DNA from: Clostridiaceae bacterium
GTDB lineage: Bacteria > Bacillota > Clostridia > CAYPLH01 > DUMO01
Length of the DNA: 38,007 nt
Direction: 5' to 3'
NCBI GenBank assembly: GCA_012839865.1
Contig: DUMO01000051.1
Location: 124,001-162,007, forward strand
Both the position numbers and the translations under genes were made by a program. Positions 16,046 through 26,536 of the stretch are shown here, piece after piece. Under the pieces are notes generated by a model. It ran no database searches and was not told the origin of the DNA. It saw only the letters and a program-made list of their open reading frames with translations. Position 1 is the stretch's first letter. Each line of letters starts with the position of its first letter.

Positions 16046-16681
16046 ATGAAAATTGAGCGAACCAAAAAAGAAAAGGAGATTTTAGAGTTTGTTAATTTTC
16101 ATGTTTTGAAAAACGGATATCCTCCGTCAGTAAGAGAAATTTGCAAGGCGGTAGGATTCAAGTCAACTTCCACCGTACATAGCTATCTTCGGAAGCTTGA
16201 AAAGGAAGGTCTTCTGAAGAAAGATCCCAGCAAGCCCAGGGCTCTGAAAATTGTCGGAAAGGAGTACAGGCAAACTGAAGTTCCCGACTATTACTCCAAA
16301 AAAGAGCTTGTGGATGTGCCAATTATCGGCAAAGTTACTGCAGGCCAGCCTATTCTTGCAGTTGAAAATATTGAAGACACCTTTCCCCTGCCTGTTGATT
16401 TTGTCCAAAACTCAACAGCCTTTATGCTCAAGGTCAAGGGAGACAGCATGATAGAAGCAGGTATTCTGGACGGCGACTTTGTGCTTGTGCGTCAACAAAA
16501 TACTGCAAATAACGGGGATATGGTTGTTGCATTGCTGGGTGATGAAGCAACTGTGAAGACTTTTTACAAAGAAAAGGACTATGTAAGACTCCAGCCGCAA
16601 AACAAGTTTTTCAGCCCAATTATAGTTAAAGACAACATTACAATCATTGGAAAGGTTATAGGAGTATTCCGTAAGTTATAG
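16046..16681 (+). CDS. lexA: SOS repressor LexA
   Basis: [10 protein letters not shown] wHTH, cleavage site VTAGQP, catalytic Ser GDSM and Lys TVKTF. Confidence 0.97.
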   Translation: MKIERTKKEKEILEFVNFHVLKNGYPPSVREICKAVGFKSTSTVHSYLRKLEKEGLLKKDPSKPRALKIVGKEYRQTEVPDYYSKKELVDVPIIGKVTAGQPILAVENIEDTFPLPVDFVQNSTAFMLKVKGDSMIEAGILDGDFVLVRQQNTANNGDMVVALLGDEATVKTFYKEKDYVRLQPQNKFFSPIIVKDNITIIGKVIGVFRKL

Positions 16682-16761
16682 CATCAAATGAAGAATTGAA
16701 GAATGGTTAATCCGGGTAGATATATCAGTCAGACCCCACATCCAATATGTTTACAGCCAAA

Positions 16762-16785
16762 AAAAGCGGGAGTAACCCCGCTTTT
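16762..16785. terminator. Bidirectional terminator between lexA and hfq
   Basis: AAAAGCGGG-agtaac-CCCGCTTTT with A/T tracts on both sides. Confidence 0.85.
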
Positions 16786-16786
16786 A

Positions 16787-17032
16787 TTATTCCGGTTTAT
16801 TGTCATTGTTAAATATAAGATTTATAGCTTTCATCGGACTGACTGTAGAAATTGCGTGCTTGTAAATAAGCTGTTGTCTTCCGTCAGTTTCCAGTATAAC
16901 TGTAAAGTTGTCGAAACCTTTAACCATTCCCTTCAGCTGAAAGCCGTTGGTAAGGTATACAGTTACCGGAATGTATTCTTTTCTAACCTGGTTCAGAAAA
17001 ACATCCTGTAAATTAATATTAGTTTTATTCAC
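16787..17032 (-). CDS. hfq: RNA chaperone Hfq
   Basis: [23 protein letters not shown] and [13 protein letters not shown] start after AGGAGG. Confidence 0.97.
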   Translation of the reverse strand: MNKTNINLQDVFLNQVRKEYIPVTVYLTNGFQLKGMVKGFDNFTVILETDGRQQLIYKHAISTVSPMKAINLIFNNDNKPE

Positions 17033-17127
17033 AAATATCCTCCTCTATCTCTAATTTAGAATTTATCTCTATAGGACAAAAAGCAATTGGGACTTTTCCC
17101 GGGGTATTTTTCAAAAAAATACTCAAT

Positions 17128-18075
17128 TCATATTTTACAGAAAAAATTGCCATGTTGCAATATAGTTTTAATATTTTCTAGTATTTCCTGGCTATTCTTA
17201 TATCCGTCAACCTCTATCCAATGCACTCCCTCTATCCTTCTAAACCATGTCATCTGCCTTTTTGCATACCTTCTTGTATCCCGCTTCAATATATATATTG
17301 CTTCCTCCAGTGATATTTCACCTTCCAAGTGGCTTATTATTTCTTTATAGCCCAATCCCTGCATTGAAACCAGATTTCTGTCATATCCCATTTCCATAAG
17401 CTTTTTTACTTCATCGATGAGCCCTTTTTGCAGCATCAGGTCCACACGCTTGTTTATACGGTCATATAGCTTTTCCCTATTCATTTTCAAGCCAAATATA
17501 ATAAAATTATATGATGGCGGCTCATTCCGGGACATCTTTTGATGGAAGGAAATAGGGAGTTTTGTATATTCATACACCTCCAAAGCTCTTATTACTCTTT
17601 TCAGGTTATTGCAATGAATCTTTGAAGCAGCTTCAGGATCAACCTTTTTCAACTTCTCATAAAGATATTCATTCCCGTATGTTTCTGCTTCCTTTTTCAA
17701 TTTTTCTCTAAATTCCCAGTCGCATATAGTCTCTGAAAAGTTAATATTGTAAATTAAAGAATTTATGTAAAGGCCGGTGCCTCCTGCTACAATTGGCACT
17801 TTACCCCGTTTTATAATATTTTCAATATATTCCAATGCCAATTCCTTAAACCGGGCTACGCTAAATTCCTCATCGGGCTCTGCTTCATCAATCAGATGGT
17901 GGGGAATTCCGCCTCTTTCAATCTTATCAGGCTTGGCGGTACCTATATTCATGTGTTTATAAATCTGCATTGAATCTGCAGAAATTATTTCCCCGTTTAT
18001 TTCCTTTGCCAATTCTACCGACAGAGAAGTTTTCCCTGAAGCCGTGGGTCCCAGTATCACTATAACATTTTTCAA
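17128..18075 (-). CDS. miaA: tRNA dimethylallyltransferase
   Basis: GPTASGKT, SADSMQIY, GGTGLY and TRRYAKRQMTWF. Confidence 0.97.
   Translation of the reverse strand: MKNVIVILGPTASGKTSLSVELAKEINGEIISADSMQIYKHMNIGTAKPDKIERGGIPHHLIDEAEPDEEFSVARFKELALEYIENIIKRGKVPIVAGGTGLYINSLIYNINFSETICDWEFREKLKKEAETYGNEYLYEKLKKVDPEAASKIHCNNLKRVIRALEVYEYTKLPISFHQKMSRNEPPSYNFIIFGLKMNREKLYDRINKRVDLMLQKGLIDEVKKLMEMGYDRNLVSMQGLGYKEIISHLEGEISLEEAIYILKRDTRRYAKRQMTWFRRIEGVHWIEVDGYKNSQEILENIKTILQHGNFFCKI
17132..17160 (-). promoter_or_regulatory. Candidate hfq promoter inside the miaA 3' end
   Basis: TTGCAA-17 nt-TAAAAT. Confidence 0.55.
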
Positions 18076-18146
18076 GTTGGCTGACTCCTCATCTCAAAGT
18101 TTTCGATATTTCCCCCTCGGGGGCTTGAAGTTGCAGCTTTTATATT

Positions 18147-20249
18147 TTAGAGTTTTCGCTTGAACATCTTCTCAATTTCATTCCGGCTGATTTTAATTAC
18201 AGTAGGCCGCCCGTGAGGACAATTAAAGGGATTGTCCATGGTTGAAAGCTCCAAAAGCATGCTCTTTATTTCGGGCTCCTCCAGCTTTTTGTTGGCCTTT
18301 ACAGCCAATTTGCAGGCAATTGCAAAAAGGCTGCTGTCGGAGATTACGTTGCTGCCGGTTTCCTTTGAATTTATAAGGTAATCCAGCACTTCAACAAATA
18401 TTTTCCTTATTTGCCCGTTGCCCATGATAAAAGGTACAGACCTTAATATTATAGAATTATTTCCAAAATTCTCATATGTAAAACCTATATCGGCAAAAGT
18501 CTTCTTTTCCGCCTCAAGGAACTTTATTTCCTGATGGGTCAGCTCAATAACTTCCGAATCAAGTAGCATTTGAGAAACAGATTCCCTTTTATGATACTTT
18601 TCCCTAAGCTGTTCATACATTATTCTTTCATGGGCTGCATGCTGGTCTATAAGCAGGAGTGAATCATCAGATTCCAGCAATATATATGTTTCGAAAAGCT
18701 GCCCCAAAATTTTCGAATTCTTCAACATCCAGGCCTGGTTGGCCTTTTCATTGGATGCTTCAGAATTGTCATCCCTTCCGGCCGGCTTTTCCTCAGCATG
18801 TTTTATGCCTGTTAAATTTTCCAAAGCATTATCCTCTCCGGCCGGCTTTGGCCCGATATGTTTTATATAGGTTGATCCATCCGGGGCTTCCTCCCTTGCA
18901 CTTGTTTCCTTCGGCAGATTGGGAGACTGACTCAATAAATTCCTTCCCGGAGGATACAGATTAATTTCTGCCTGATTTGTTTTTTCCGTGCTTTCAATTT
19001 TCTTGTCATCGAAATCAAATTTCTGCTGAAAAAACCTGTATTCAGAACCTTTCTTTTTATCAAACCCTGTTGTTCTTCTTTCCTTTTCAACATCATCACT
19101 CTTAACCGCATCGCCGTATCCAGCTGTTTTTGCCAGGTGGTTTGCAGGAGTTTTTTGCAACTTTGTTTTGTCCACGGCATTTTCCTTTAAAACATTCTGC
19201 CCAAGGGAAGGCCCGGGTTTGGGAAGTTCCTCTTTTTCAATTTTTATGTCCAACATACGGTTTTCATTATACAATGCATTCCTTATGGCACCATACACAG
19301 CCTTGAATATTTCATTTTCATTTGCAAAACGCACTTCCATCTTGGCAGGGTGGACATTTACATCCACCAGTACCGGATTGAGGTCAAGATGAAGTACTAG
19401 AAAGGCATACTTGTTTTTCATAAGGAATGTCTTGCATGCCTCATCAATGGCTGCAGTGATAATTCTGCTCCGAATGTACCTTCTGTTAATGAAAATTGAC
19501 TGCTGATTCCTGTTCGCCCTGGCGATATTGCTGTTTCCAATCAAACCGGATATTTTGACCAAATTGCTTTCGTATAAAACATTTATGGTGTTTCCGGATA
19601 TTTCTTTTCCATATATGCTGAAAACGGTACTCAAAAGGTCATTATTTCCCGGGGTATGAAAAACCGTCCTGCCGTCTATGGTGAGCTTAAAGGAAACCTG
19701 GGGATTCCCCAGGGCTATCCTGCTTAGAATATCAGAAACATAACCGGCTTCGGTTGTGTCTTTCTTAAGAAATTTGAACCTGGCAGGTGTATTGTAAAAC
19801 AAGTCCCTTACAACAATTGTGGTCCCAACCTTACATCCTGTTGATATGATGTCTTTAACAATATTGCCCCGCACCCTGACAGACTTACCATACTCTGATT
19901 TATCTGTCCTTGTTATGACTTCAACATTCGAAACCGCTGCAATGCTTGCCAGGGCCTCTCCTCTGAAACCAAAGGTAAGAATGTTCTCAATGTCATCGGG
20001 TTTGCGAATCTTGCTGGTGGCATGGCGTTCAAAGGCTATTTCAACGTCATCTTCATCAATTCCGGAGCCGTTGTCCATAACTTTGATAAAGGTTTTGCCT
20101 CCATCCTTAATTTCAACCTGTATGGCTCCGGCGCCTGCATCCAATGAGTTTTCCACCAGTTCCTTGACGACTGACGCAGGGTTTTCAATTACCTCTCCGG
20201 CAGCTATTTTATTTGAAGTTAATTCATCCAGTAGAACAATCCTGCCCAT
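18147..20249 (-). CDS. mutL: DNA mismatch repair endonuclease MutL
   Basis: IAAGEVIENPASVVKELVENSLDAGA, GFRGEAL, endonuclease motif DQHAAHERIMYE and CPHGRP. Confidence 0.98.
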   Translation of the reverse strand: MGRIVLLDELTSNKIAAGEVIENPASVVKELVENSLDAGAGAIQVEIKDGGKTFIKVMDNGSGIDEDDVEIAFERHATSKIRKPDDIENILTFGFRGEALASIAAVSNVEVITRTDKSEYGKSVRVRGNIVKDIISTGCKVGTTIVVRDLFYNTPARFKFLKKDTTEAGYVSDILSRIALGNPQVSFKLTIDGRTVFHTPGNNDLLSTVFSIYGKEISGNTINVLYESNLVKISGLIGNSNIARANRNQQSIFINRRYIRSRIITAAIDEACKTFLMKNKYAFLVLHLDLNPVLVDVNVHPAKMEVRFANENEIFKAVYGAIRNALYNENRMLDIKIEKEELPKPGPSLGQNVLKENAVDKTKLQKTPANHLAKTAGYGDAVKSDDVEKERRTTGFDKKKGSEYRFFQQKFDFDDKKIESTEKTNQAEINLYPPGRNLLSQSPNLPKETSAREEAPDGSTYIKHIGPKPAGEDNALENLTGIKHAEEKPAGRDDNSEASNEKANQAWMLKNSKILGQLFETYILLESDDSLLLIDQHAAHERIMYEQLREKYHKRESVSQMLLDSEVIELTHQEIKFLEAEKKTFADIGFTYENFGNNSIILRSVPFIMGNGQIRKIFVEVLDYLINSKETGSNVISDSSLFAIACKLAVKANKKLEEPEIKSMLLELSTMDNPFNCPHGRPTVIKISRNEIEKMFKRKL

Positions 20250-20251
20250 TT

Positions 20252-22873
20252 CTACTCCTTCCTGACCTTCTGCTGAAGGTTATATAAAATGTTGAGGGCA
20301 TCCAAAGGTGTCAGTTTTGAAATATCCATGTTTTTAATTTCATTTAATACCTCATCATTGCTTCTTGATATATTCTTGTATGTAATAAGGTCCAGTTGTC
20401 CGTCAAGGGGCTTTCTTGCTTTTTTGTACCGCTGCTCTTTTTTGCTGATATTGGCTTCCTCCAGCTCTTCCAGAATTTCGCCGGCCCTTTCAATAACAAG
20501 CTGCGGCACCCCTGCCAGTTTTGCAACATGAATACCGTAACTGCCATCTGCACCGCCCCGGATAATCTTCCTCAGGAATATTACGTCTTCACCCTTCTCC
20601 TCGACAGAAATACAATAATTCTTTATGCCTTTTATTTTTCCTTCCAGTTCGGTAAGCTCATGATAGTGGGTTGCAAAAAGTGTCCTGCTGCCCAGCTTTT
20701 CCTTGCTGCCTATATATTCAATAACCGCCCATGCTATGCTGAGGCCGTCAAAAGTACTTGTGCCCCTTCCTATCTCATCCAGTATCAGGAGGCTTCTAGG
20801 TGTGGCATTTTTTAAAATATTGGCAACTTCGGACATTTCCACCATGAAGGTGCTTTGTCCGGAAGCCAAATCATCTGATGCACCAACCCTGGTGAATATC
20901 CGGTCTGCAATCCCTATTTGTGCATAACTTGCCGGAACAAAGCTCCCTATTTGCGCCATCAGTACAATCAAGGCGGTTTGCCTCATGTACGTGGACTTGC
21001 CGGCCATGTTTGGTCCTGTAATAATAGCAAGCCTGTTCTCATCCATATCAAGGATCGTATCATTTGGCACGAACTTGCCGGATTCCATCATTTTTTCCAC
21101 AACAGGATGCCTACCATCCTTAATTGTAATTACATCCTCATTTGAGACTTCAGGCATACAATAAAATTCCCTGTCGGCAACTTCAGCAAGGGAGCAGAGG
21201 CAGTCGAGGGTTGCAACTGCTTCGGAGGTCTCCTTGAGCCTTATTGCATTGTCTGCAATTGTGTCCCTGATTTCAGTAAACAACTTATATTCCAGATCTA
21301 CGATTTTTTCTTCCGCTCCAAGGATTTTGCCCTCCATTTCCTTCAGTTCTTCAGTTATGTACCTTTCGCAGTTTGCAAGGGTTTGCTTCCTTATGTAATT
21401 TTCAGGCACAAGGTCATAATAGGATTTTGTAACTTCTATGTAGTATCCGAAGACCTTGTTGAAACTTATCCTTAAATTCTTAATCCCGGTCTTTTCCCTT
21501 TCAGCGCTTTCCATGGATGCTATCCACTTCTTGCCGTTGGTCATTGCCTCCCGGAGAAAGTCAACCTCCTCATTATAACCCGGTTTTATAATCCCGCCTT
21601 CCCTTACTGCAACCGGTGGGTCGTCCATTATCGATTTATCAATAAGTTGATATATATCCTCCATTGGGTCTATTATGCTGTTCAACCTGGTTATCAAAGA
21701 GGAACTGCAATTTGAAAGGCAATCTTTTATGTAGGGAATCTGTCCGATGGAGTTTTTGATTGCAACCAAATCCCTGCAGTTGACGCTTCCAAGGACCAGT
21801 TTGCTTACAAGCCTTTCAATATCATACACTTTTTTTAAAAGTTCACGGATTTCCATCCGGACCATGAATTTATCCTTCATTTCATTTACAGCCCGGAGTC
21901 TTTCGTTTATGTCGGAAATATTGATAAGGGGCTGTTCAATCCATTTTCGAAGCATTCTTGCTCCCATGGAAGTCTCAGTTCGGTCGAGAACCCACAACAA
22001 AGAGCCCTTTCTCGATCTGGTTCTTATGGTCTCTGTCAGTTCGAGATTCCTTCTTGTGGAAAAATCCAGTACCATAAACTCTTCTATTTTATAGCTTTGA
22101 AGGCTTTTTATATGTCTTAGGTTGGATTTTTGCGTATCTTTCAGATACTCCAGTAATGCCCCGCATGCATTTATTGACATGTCATATTCCTTATTCAATA
22201 ATTCAATATCGCCAAACTGGTTTGCCAAATTGGCGCGGGAACGCTGCTCATCGAAATGTACATCATCATAGAGAGTAATATATATGCTGAATCTTTCCTT
22301 TAACTGGCGCAATAAAGCACTGTCATTGTAAAAATCGCTGTTTACAACCAACTCGGAAGGGTCATACTTGGCAATTTCATCCAGAACTTTTCCTGTTGTA
22401 TTTCCCCAATTAATCCAGGTTGCGTAAAACTCTCCTGTGGACAGCTCGACGGCTGCAATACCGAAGTAGGCTTTATACCTGTATATGCACATAAGATAAT
22501 TGTTTTTTTTGTCATCCAGCATTGTGTTCTCTGTAACAGTGCCGGGTGTAACCACTCTGATTACGTCTCTTTTAACAATGCCTTTAGCCAGAGCCGGGTC
22601 TTCAACCTGTTCACAAATTGCCACCTTGTAGCCCTTGCTTATCAGTTTAGCCAGGTAGGAATCCACCGCATGATACGGCACGCCGCACATGGGCGCTCTT
22701 TCCTCCATGCCGCAATCTCTTCCGGTTAGTGTCAGTTCCAGCTCCTTTGAGGCAATTTCCGCATCTTTGAAAAACATCTCATAAAAGTCCCCGAGGCGGA
22801 AAAACAGTATACAGTCCCTATACTTCTCTTTCATCTCTAAATACTGTTGCATCATTGGAGTAAAGGTTGCCAT
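20252..22873 (-). CDS. mutS: DNA mismatch repair protein MutS
   Basis: TPMMQQY, FFRLGDFYEMF, GPNMAGKST, DEIGRGTST and FATHYHEL. Confidence 0.98.
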   Translation of the reverse strand: MATFTPMMQQYLEMKEKYRDCILFFRLGDFYEMFFKDAEIASKELELTLTGRDCGMEERAPMCGVPYHAVDSYLAKLISKGYKVAICEQVEDPALAKGIVKRDVIRVVTPGTVTENTMLDDKKNNYLMCIYRYKAYFGIAAVELSTGEFYATWINWGNTTGKVLDEIAKYDPSELVVNSDFYNDSALLRQLKERFSIYITLYDDVHFDEQRSRANLANQFGDIELLNKEYDMSINACGALLEYLKDTQKSNLRHIKSLQSYKIEEFMVLDFSTRRNLELTETIRTRSRKGSLLWVLDRTETSMGARMLRKWIEQPLINISDINERLRAVNEMKDKFMVRMEIRELLKKVYDIERLVSKLVLGSVNCRDLVAIKNSIGQIPYIKDCLSNCSSSLITRLNSIIDPMEDIYQLIDKSIMDDPPVAVREGGIIKPGYNEEVDFLREAMTNGKKWIASMESAEREKTGIKNLRISFNKVFGYYIEVTKSYYDLVPENYIRKQTLANCERYITEELKEMEGKILGAEEKIVDLEYKLFTEIRDTIADNAIRLKETSEAVATLDCLCSLAEVADREFYCMPEVSNEDVITIKDGRHPVVEKMMESGKFVPNDTILDMDENRLAIITGPNMAGKSTYMRQTALIVLMAQIGSFVPASYAQIGIADRIFTRVGASDDLASGQSTFMVEMSEVANILKNATPRSLLILDEIGRGTSTFDGLSIAWAVIEYIGSKEKLGSRTLFATHYHELTELEGKIKGIKNYCISVEEKGEDVIFLRKIIRGGADGSYGIHVAKLAGVPQLVIERAGEILEELEEANISKKEQRYKKARKPLDGQLDLITYKNISRSNDEVLNEIKNMDISKLTPLDALNILYNLQQKVRKE

Positions 22874-22901
22874 CTTTATACCTCACAAATTTCTGTATCT
22901 T

Positions 22902-23297
22902 TCACCTGTTAAGATTTCCACATCCAGATTTGCAGCCTGAACACTTTTCAGGAGAGCAGGGTTCCTCCCCTGTAACAAAATACATGATAACACTGTTTAC
23001 ATTCCTGACAAGGGAGTCGAATACTTTTTTTGCATCCAGAAATTGCTTTGCAACGGAATTAATATAGATTTCCTGCTCTTTTTCCGATATCCTTTTTTCC
23101 AGTTCTTTTATTGTGTTTTCGTCACTTTTGATTTGCACGGCTTTATAAAGCTCAGATTGAAGCTTGTTGTAATCAGAAAAAAGAGCCCGGGCATTTTCAT
23201 CCGCCAAAAGCCTTGTCTCACATTCCCTGAGCTTTTTAAGCTCTTCCGAATCCCTGATTAATAGTCCAAGCTCCTTTGATTTTTCAATTATATCCAT
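22902..23297 (-). CDS. YlbF/YmcA-family (Ric-like) protein with Cys-rich tail
   Basis: Helical 131-aa protein between miaB and mutS, the position of B. subtilis ymcA. C-terminal CSPEKCSGCKSGC; TAATG overlap with miaB. Confidence 0.8.
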   Translation of the reverse strand: MDIIEKSKELGLLIRDSEELKKLRECETRLLADENARALFSDYNKLQSELYKAVQIKSDENTIKELEKRISEKEQEIYINSVAKQFLDAKKVFDSLVRNVNSVIMYFVTGEEPCSPEKCSGCKSGCGNLNR

Positions 23298-24703
23298 TAA
23301 ATTATTTCACCTTCTAATGACCATGTTTGAATTTTGTTGATTTTTACATTGACCAGTTTTCCGATAAGGTCATTGCTGCCTTTAAAATTTACAATTTTAT
23401 TGGTCCTGGTTCTTCCTGTTAACGCAGCGGGGTTGTTCCTGCTTGCTCCTTCCACAAGCACTTCCAAAACGGCACCGTTAAGTTTCTCATTTATTTCATG
23501 GCTGATTACATTTTGCGCGTTCAAAAGCCTGTTAAACCGTTCCTTTTTAATCTCTTCAGGTACCTGGTTTGCCGCTTTGGCAGCCGGAGTGCCTGTCCGT
23601 TTTGAAAAAATGAATGTGTATGCCGAATCAAATCTCACTTTTTCAATAACATCCATGGTATGTTCAAAGTCTTCTTCCGTCTCCCCCGGGAAACCTACAA
23701 TGACATCAGTTGTAAGGGCAATACCGGGTATATTATCCCTTATTTTTTCAACCAGTTCAAGGTACTTCTCCCTGGTGTATTTCCGGTTCATTTTTTTCAA
23801 TATTTCAGTGCTTCCGGACTGTATCGGCAAATGCAGGTGTTCACAAACCTTGTCAATGTCTCTCATGGCATAAATAAGCCTGTCCGACAAATCCTTCGGG
23901 TGAGATGTCATAAACCTGATTCTTTCGATGCCGTCAACATATCCTAATTTTTCCAATAAATACGCGAAGTCCTGGTCCCCGGCATCTCCTTTATATGAAT
24001 TTACGTTCTGCCCTAAAAGAGTGATTTCCTTAAATCCACTGTCTGCCAGTCCCCTGGCTTCTGCAACTATGTCCGCCACCTTCCTGCTTCGTTCCCTTCC
24101 CCTTACATAGGGAACAATGCAATAGGAGCAAAAGTTGTTGCAGCCGTACATTATGGTCACCCATGCTTTTACATCATGGGCTCTTACTATCGGGAGTCCT
24201 TCAGTAATCCTGCCTTCCTGCTCCCAAACATCCACTACCGGTGAATCGCTGTTTATGGCTTTATATAAAATCTCAGGGAACCTGTAGAGGTTGTGGGTGC
24301 CGAATATTATGCCCACATGCCGGTAAACTTTTGTAATATGCTCAACAACATGCTTTTGCTGCATCATGCATCCGCATACGGCAATAATAAGATCAGGTTT
24401 TACCTCCTTATACTTTTTCAGGGCCCCCAGGTGTCCATAAACTTTTTGCTCCGCATTTTCCCTCACACAACATGTGTTGAATATGACAAGGTCTGCATCC
24501 TTGTAATCCTGTGCCTCAACATACCCCATTTCAGTAAGGAACCCGGAAAGCCTCTCGGAATCATTTTCATTCATCTGGCAGCCATAAGTAGTGAGTACGA
24601 ATTTTTTCAGTTTCCCTGCATTTAGCTCTTTTAGCTGGGAAATATATGCTACTTGTTTTTCCAATTCATCCTGTTTTATTTGATCCTTCGTTTTTCTTTC
24701 CAT
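23297..24703 (-). CDS. miaB: tRNA-2-methylthio-N6-dimethylallyladenosine synthase MiaB
   Basis: [22 protein letters not shown], radical [12 protein letters not shown] and C-terminal TRAM domain. Confidence 0.97.
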   Translation of the reverse strand: MERKTKDQIKQDELEKQVAYISQLKELNAGKLKKFVLTTYGCQMNENDSERLSGFLTEMGYVEAQDYKDADLVIFNTCCVRENAEQKVYGHLGALKKYKEVKPDLIIAVCGCMMQQKHVVEHITKVYRHVGIIFGTHNLYRFPEILYKAINSDSPVVDVWEQEGRITEGLPIVRAHDVKAWVTIMYGCNNFCSYCIVPYVRGRERSRKVADIVAEARGLADSGFKEITLLGQNVNSYKGDAGDQDFAYLLEKLGYVDGIERIRFMTSHPKDLSDRLIYAMRDIDKVCEHLHLPIQSGSTEILKKMNRKYTREKYLELVEKIRDNIPGIALTTDVIVGFPGETEEDFEHTMDVIEKVRFDSAYTFIFSKRTGTPAAKAANQVPEEIKKERFNRLLNAQNVISHEINEKLNGAVLEVLVEGASRNNPAALTGRTRTNKIVNFKGSNDLIGKLVNVKINKIQTWSLEGEII

Positions 24704-24736
24704 CGTTTCTCCAATGTCTGAAATTTTGAATTCCTC

Positions 24737-26443
24737 TTATTTTATCCTTTCCATATATCTTTTAATTTTTCTTGTGGTAGTCTTGATAAATTCTTCTCCC
24801 CTTATGGAAAAATCCTTTATATGCTTGTAAGTAACGAGGCCTTTGTTAACTGATTTAATTTCATCATGTACAATTTTCTTTATTTCTCCCTCTGAAATAT
24901 CTCCAAATTCCTCTTTTATTTTTTCATAATTCGGGAAAATTGATGCAGCTACTGTAACCTCATCTCCCAAATCCTTTCCGTAAACCATGCACTCCTGGAT
25001 ATAATTGCTTCTTCCCAGCAATGTCTCGATTTCTTCAGGATATATGTTTTTACCGTTCTTTGTTACAATAACATTTTTCTTTCTGCCTGTAATATGAACA
25101 AAATTATCAGAATCAATGTACCCAAGGTCTCCTGTAAGGAACCATCCGTCATCTATAAATACCCTGGAATTTGATTCATCATCCTCATAATAGCCAAGCA
25201 TAACACTTGGGCCTTTAACCTTGATTTCACCGATTCCTTCTTCATTTGGATTGTGAATCGCAACGGACAACCCGGGAAGCGGCAATCCTGCTGCATCATC
25301 CTTGAAATCCACATCACGGTTTAAGGCAACTATAGGAGCGCATTCTGTAAGCCCATATCCCTGCACCAACTGTATGCCCAGGTCTCTGAAACCTTTTGCG
25401 ACTGCAGGGTCAATTCCTGCAGCACCGCTTATGAAAATCCTTATATGCCCGCCCAAATTATCGTGAATCTTCTTAAAAAGCTTTTTGCCAAGGTCAATAC
25501 CAAGTTTTTTTGTGAAGTTGTTGATCTTTATCGCGGTTTTAAGCTTTTTATCCATCCCTGTTTTAGCAGCCTGATCCCAGACCTTTTTATACATTGATTC
25601 GTAAATGAGAGGTACGCCCAGCATCATTGTGGCTTTGGCTTCCTTAAGGTTCTTTGCTATGTGTCTGAGTCCTTCACAGAAAGCAATTGAAGCACCTCTG
25701 TAAATGGGGCACAAAAACCCGCAGGTGCATTCATAAGTATGATGCATTGGAAGCACTGACAGAAAAACATCCGAAGGATCCACATAAAGCATTGAAGACA
25801 TGGCCATCAAATTGGTGCAAATGTTTTTGTGGGAAAGCTTGACTGCTTTGGATGTATCGGTTGTAGCCGAGGTAAACAATATAATATTCATTGCCTCAGT
25901 GTCAATTTTTGCCTCAATGAAGCTGTTATCACCGTTTTCCACAAGTTTTCTGCCATTATTAAGAAGTTTTGCGTATGACAAAAATTTCCCCGTATCTTCT
26001 TCTGAATCCATATCAATGAAATAGTCAACCTTGTTGTTTACTGCTGCAACTTTTTTAATGATGTCCCTTTTGCTTCCCGAAAAAACCACCGCACTGGCTT
26101 CAGCCCGTTCCAGCAGGCTTAATATTTCGTTTTCCGGCAACTCCTTGTCTATCGGAACAACTATTCCGGTTCCTCCCAAAACTGCCAGGTAGGATACGCC
26201 CCACTCATACCTGTTTTCACCGATTATGGCAATCCTTTTATCCTTAAGGCCTTTTGCAACCAGGGCTGTTCCCAGCGCATCAACGTCATTTTTGAACTGC
26301 TGATATGTTATCGGTTCATAATTGCCCGTGCTTTTATTCTTAACCAAGAATGCAGTTTTGTTTTTATACAATTCCACACTGGAATAAAGCATTTGTTTTA
26401 AGTCTTCAATCTTTCTTACATCATACAGGGGAATATTTTTCAT
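24737..26443 (-). CDS. Long-chain acyl-CoA synthetase-like AMP-binding enzyme
   Basis: QGYGLTE, FLTGDLG and ITGRKKNVIV...GKNIYPEEIE; variant P-loop FTSATTDTSKA. Confidence 0.88.
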   Translation of the reverse strand: MKNIPLYDVRKIEDLKQMLYSSVELYKNKTAFLVKNKSTGNYEPITYQQFKNDVDALGTALVAKGLKDKRIAIIGENRYEWGVSYLAVLGGTGIVVPIDKELPENEILSLLERAEASAVVFSGSKRDIIKKVAAVNNKVDYFIDMDSEEDTGKFLSYAKLLNNGRKLVENGDNSFIEAKIDTEAMNIILFTSATTDTSKAVKLSHKNICTNLMAMSSMLYVDPSDVFLSVLPMHHTYECTCGFLCPIYRGASIAFCEGLRHIAKNLKEAKATMMLGVPLIYESMYKKVWDQAAKTGMDKKLKTAIKINNFTKKLGIDLGKKLFKKIHDNLGGHIRIFISGAAGIDPAVAKGFRDLGIQLVQGYGLTECAPIVALNRDVDFKDDAAGLPLPGLSVAIHNPNEEGIGEIKVKGPSVMLGYYEDDESNSRVFIDDGWFLTGDLGYIDSDNFVHITGRKKNVIVTKNGKNIYPEEIETLLGRSNYIQECMVYGKDLGDEVTVAASIFPNYEKIKEEFGDISEGEIKKIVHDEIKSVNKGLVTYKHIKDFSIRGEEFIKTTTRKIKRYMERIK

Positions 26444-26498
26444 GTTTTACGGCACCTCTTTTCAAATTGTTGCACATACCTATGTACAAGTTATTAAT

Positions 26499-26509
26499 AT
26501 TATAACACA
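26499..26509 (-). promoter_or_regulatory. Extended -10 promoter for the ligase-miaB-mutSL-miaA-hfq cluster
   Basis: TGTGT-TATAAT (TRTGnTATAAT) with no good -35. Confidence 0.6.
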
Positions 26510-26536
26510 ACATGGTAAGTTCAAAGACTTTTTTTA

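Noticed and set aside
18700..19250. Low-complexity insertion in MutL
   Set aside because: This is the normal variable linker between the ATPase and dimerisation domains.
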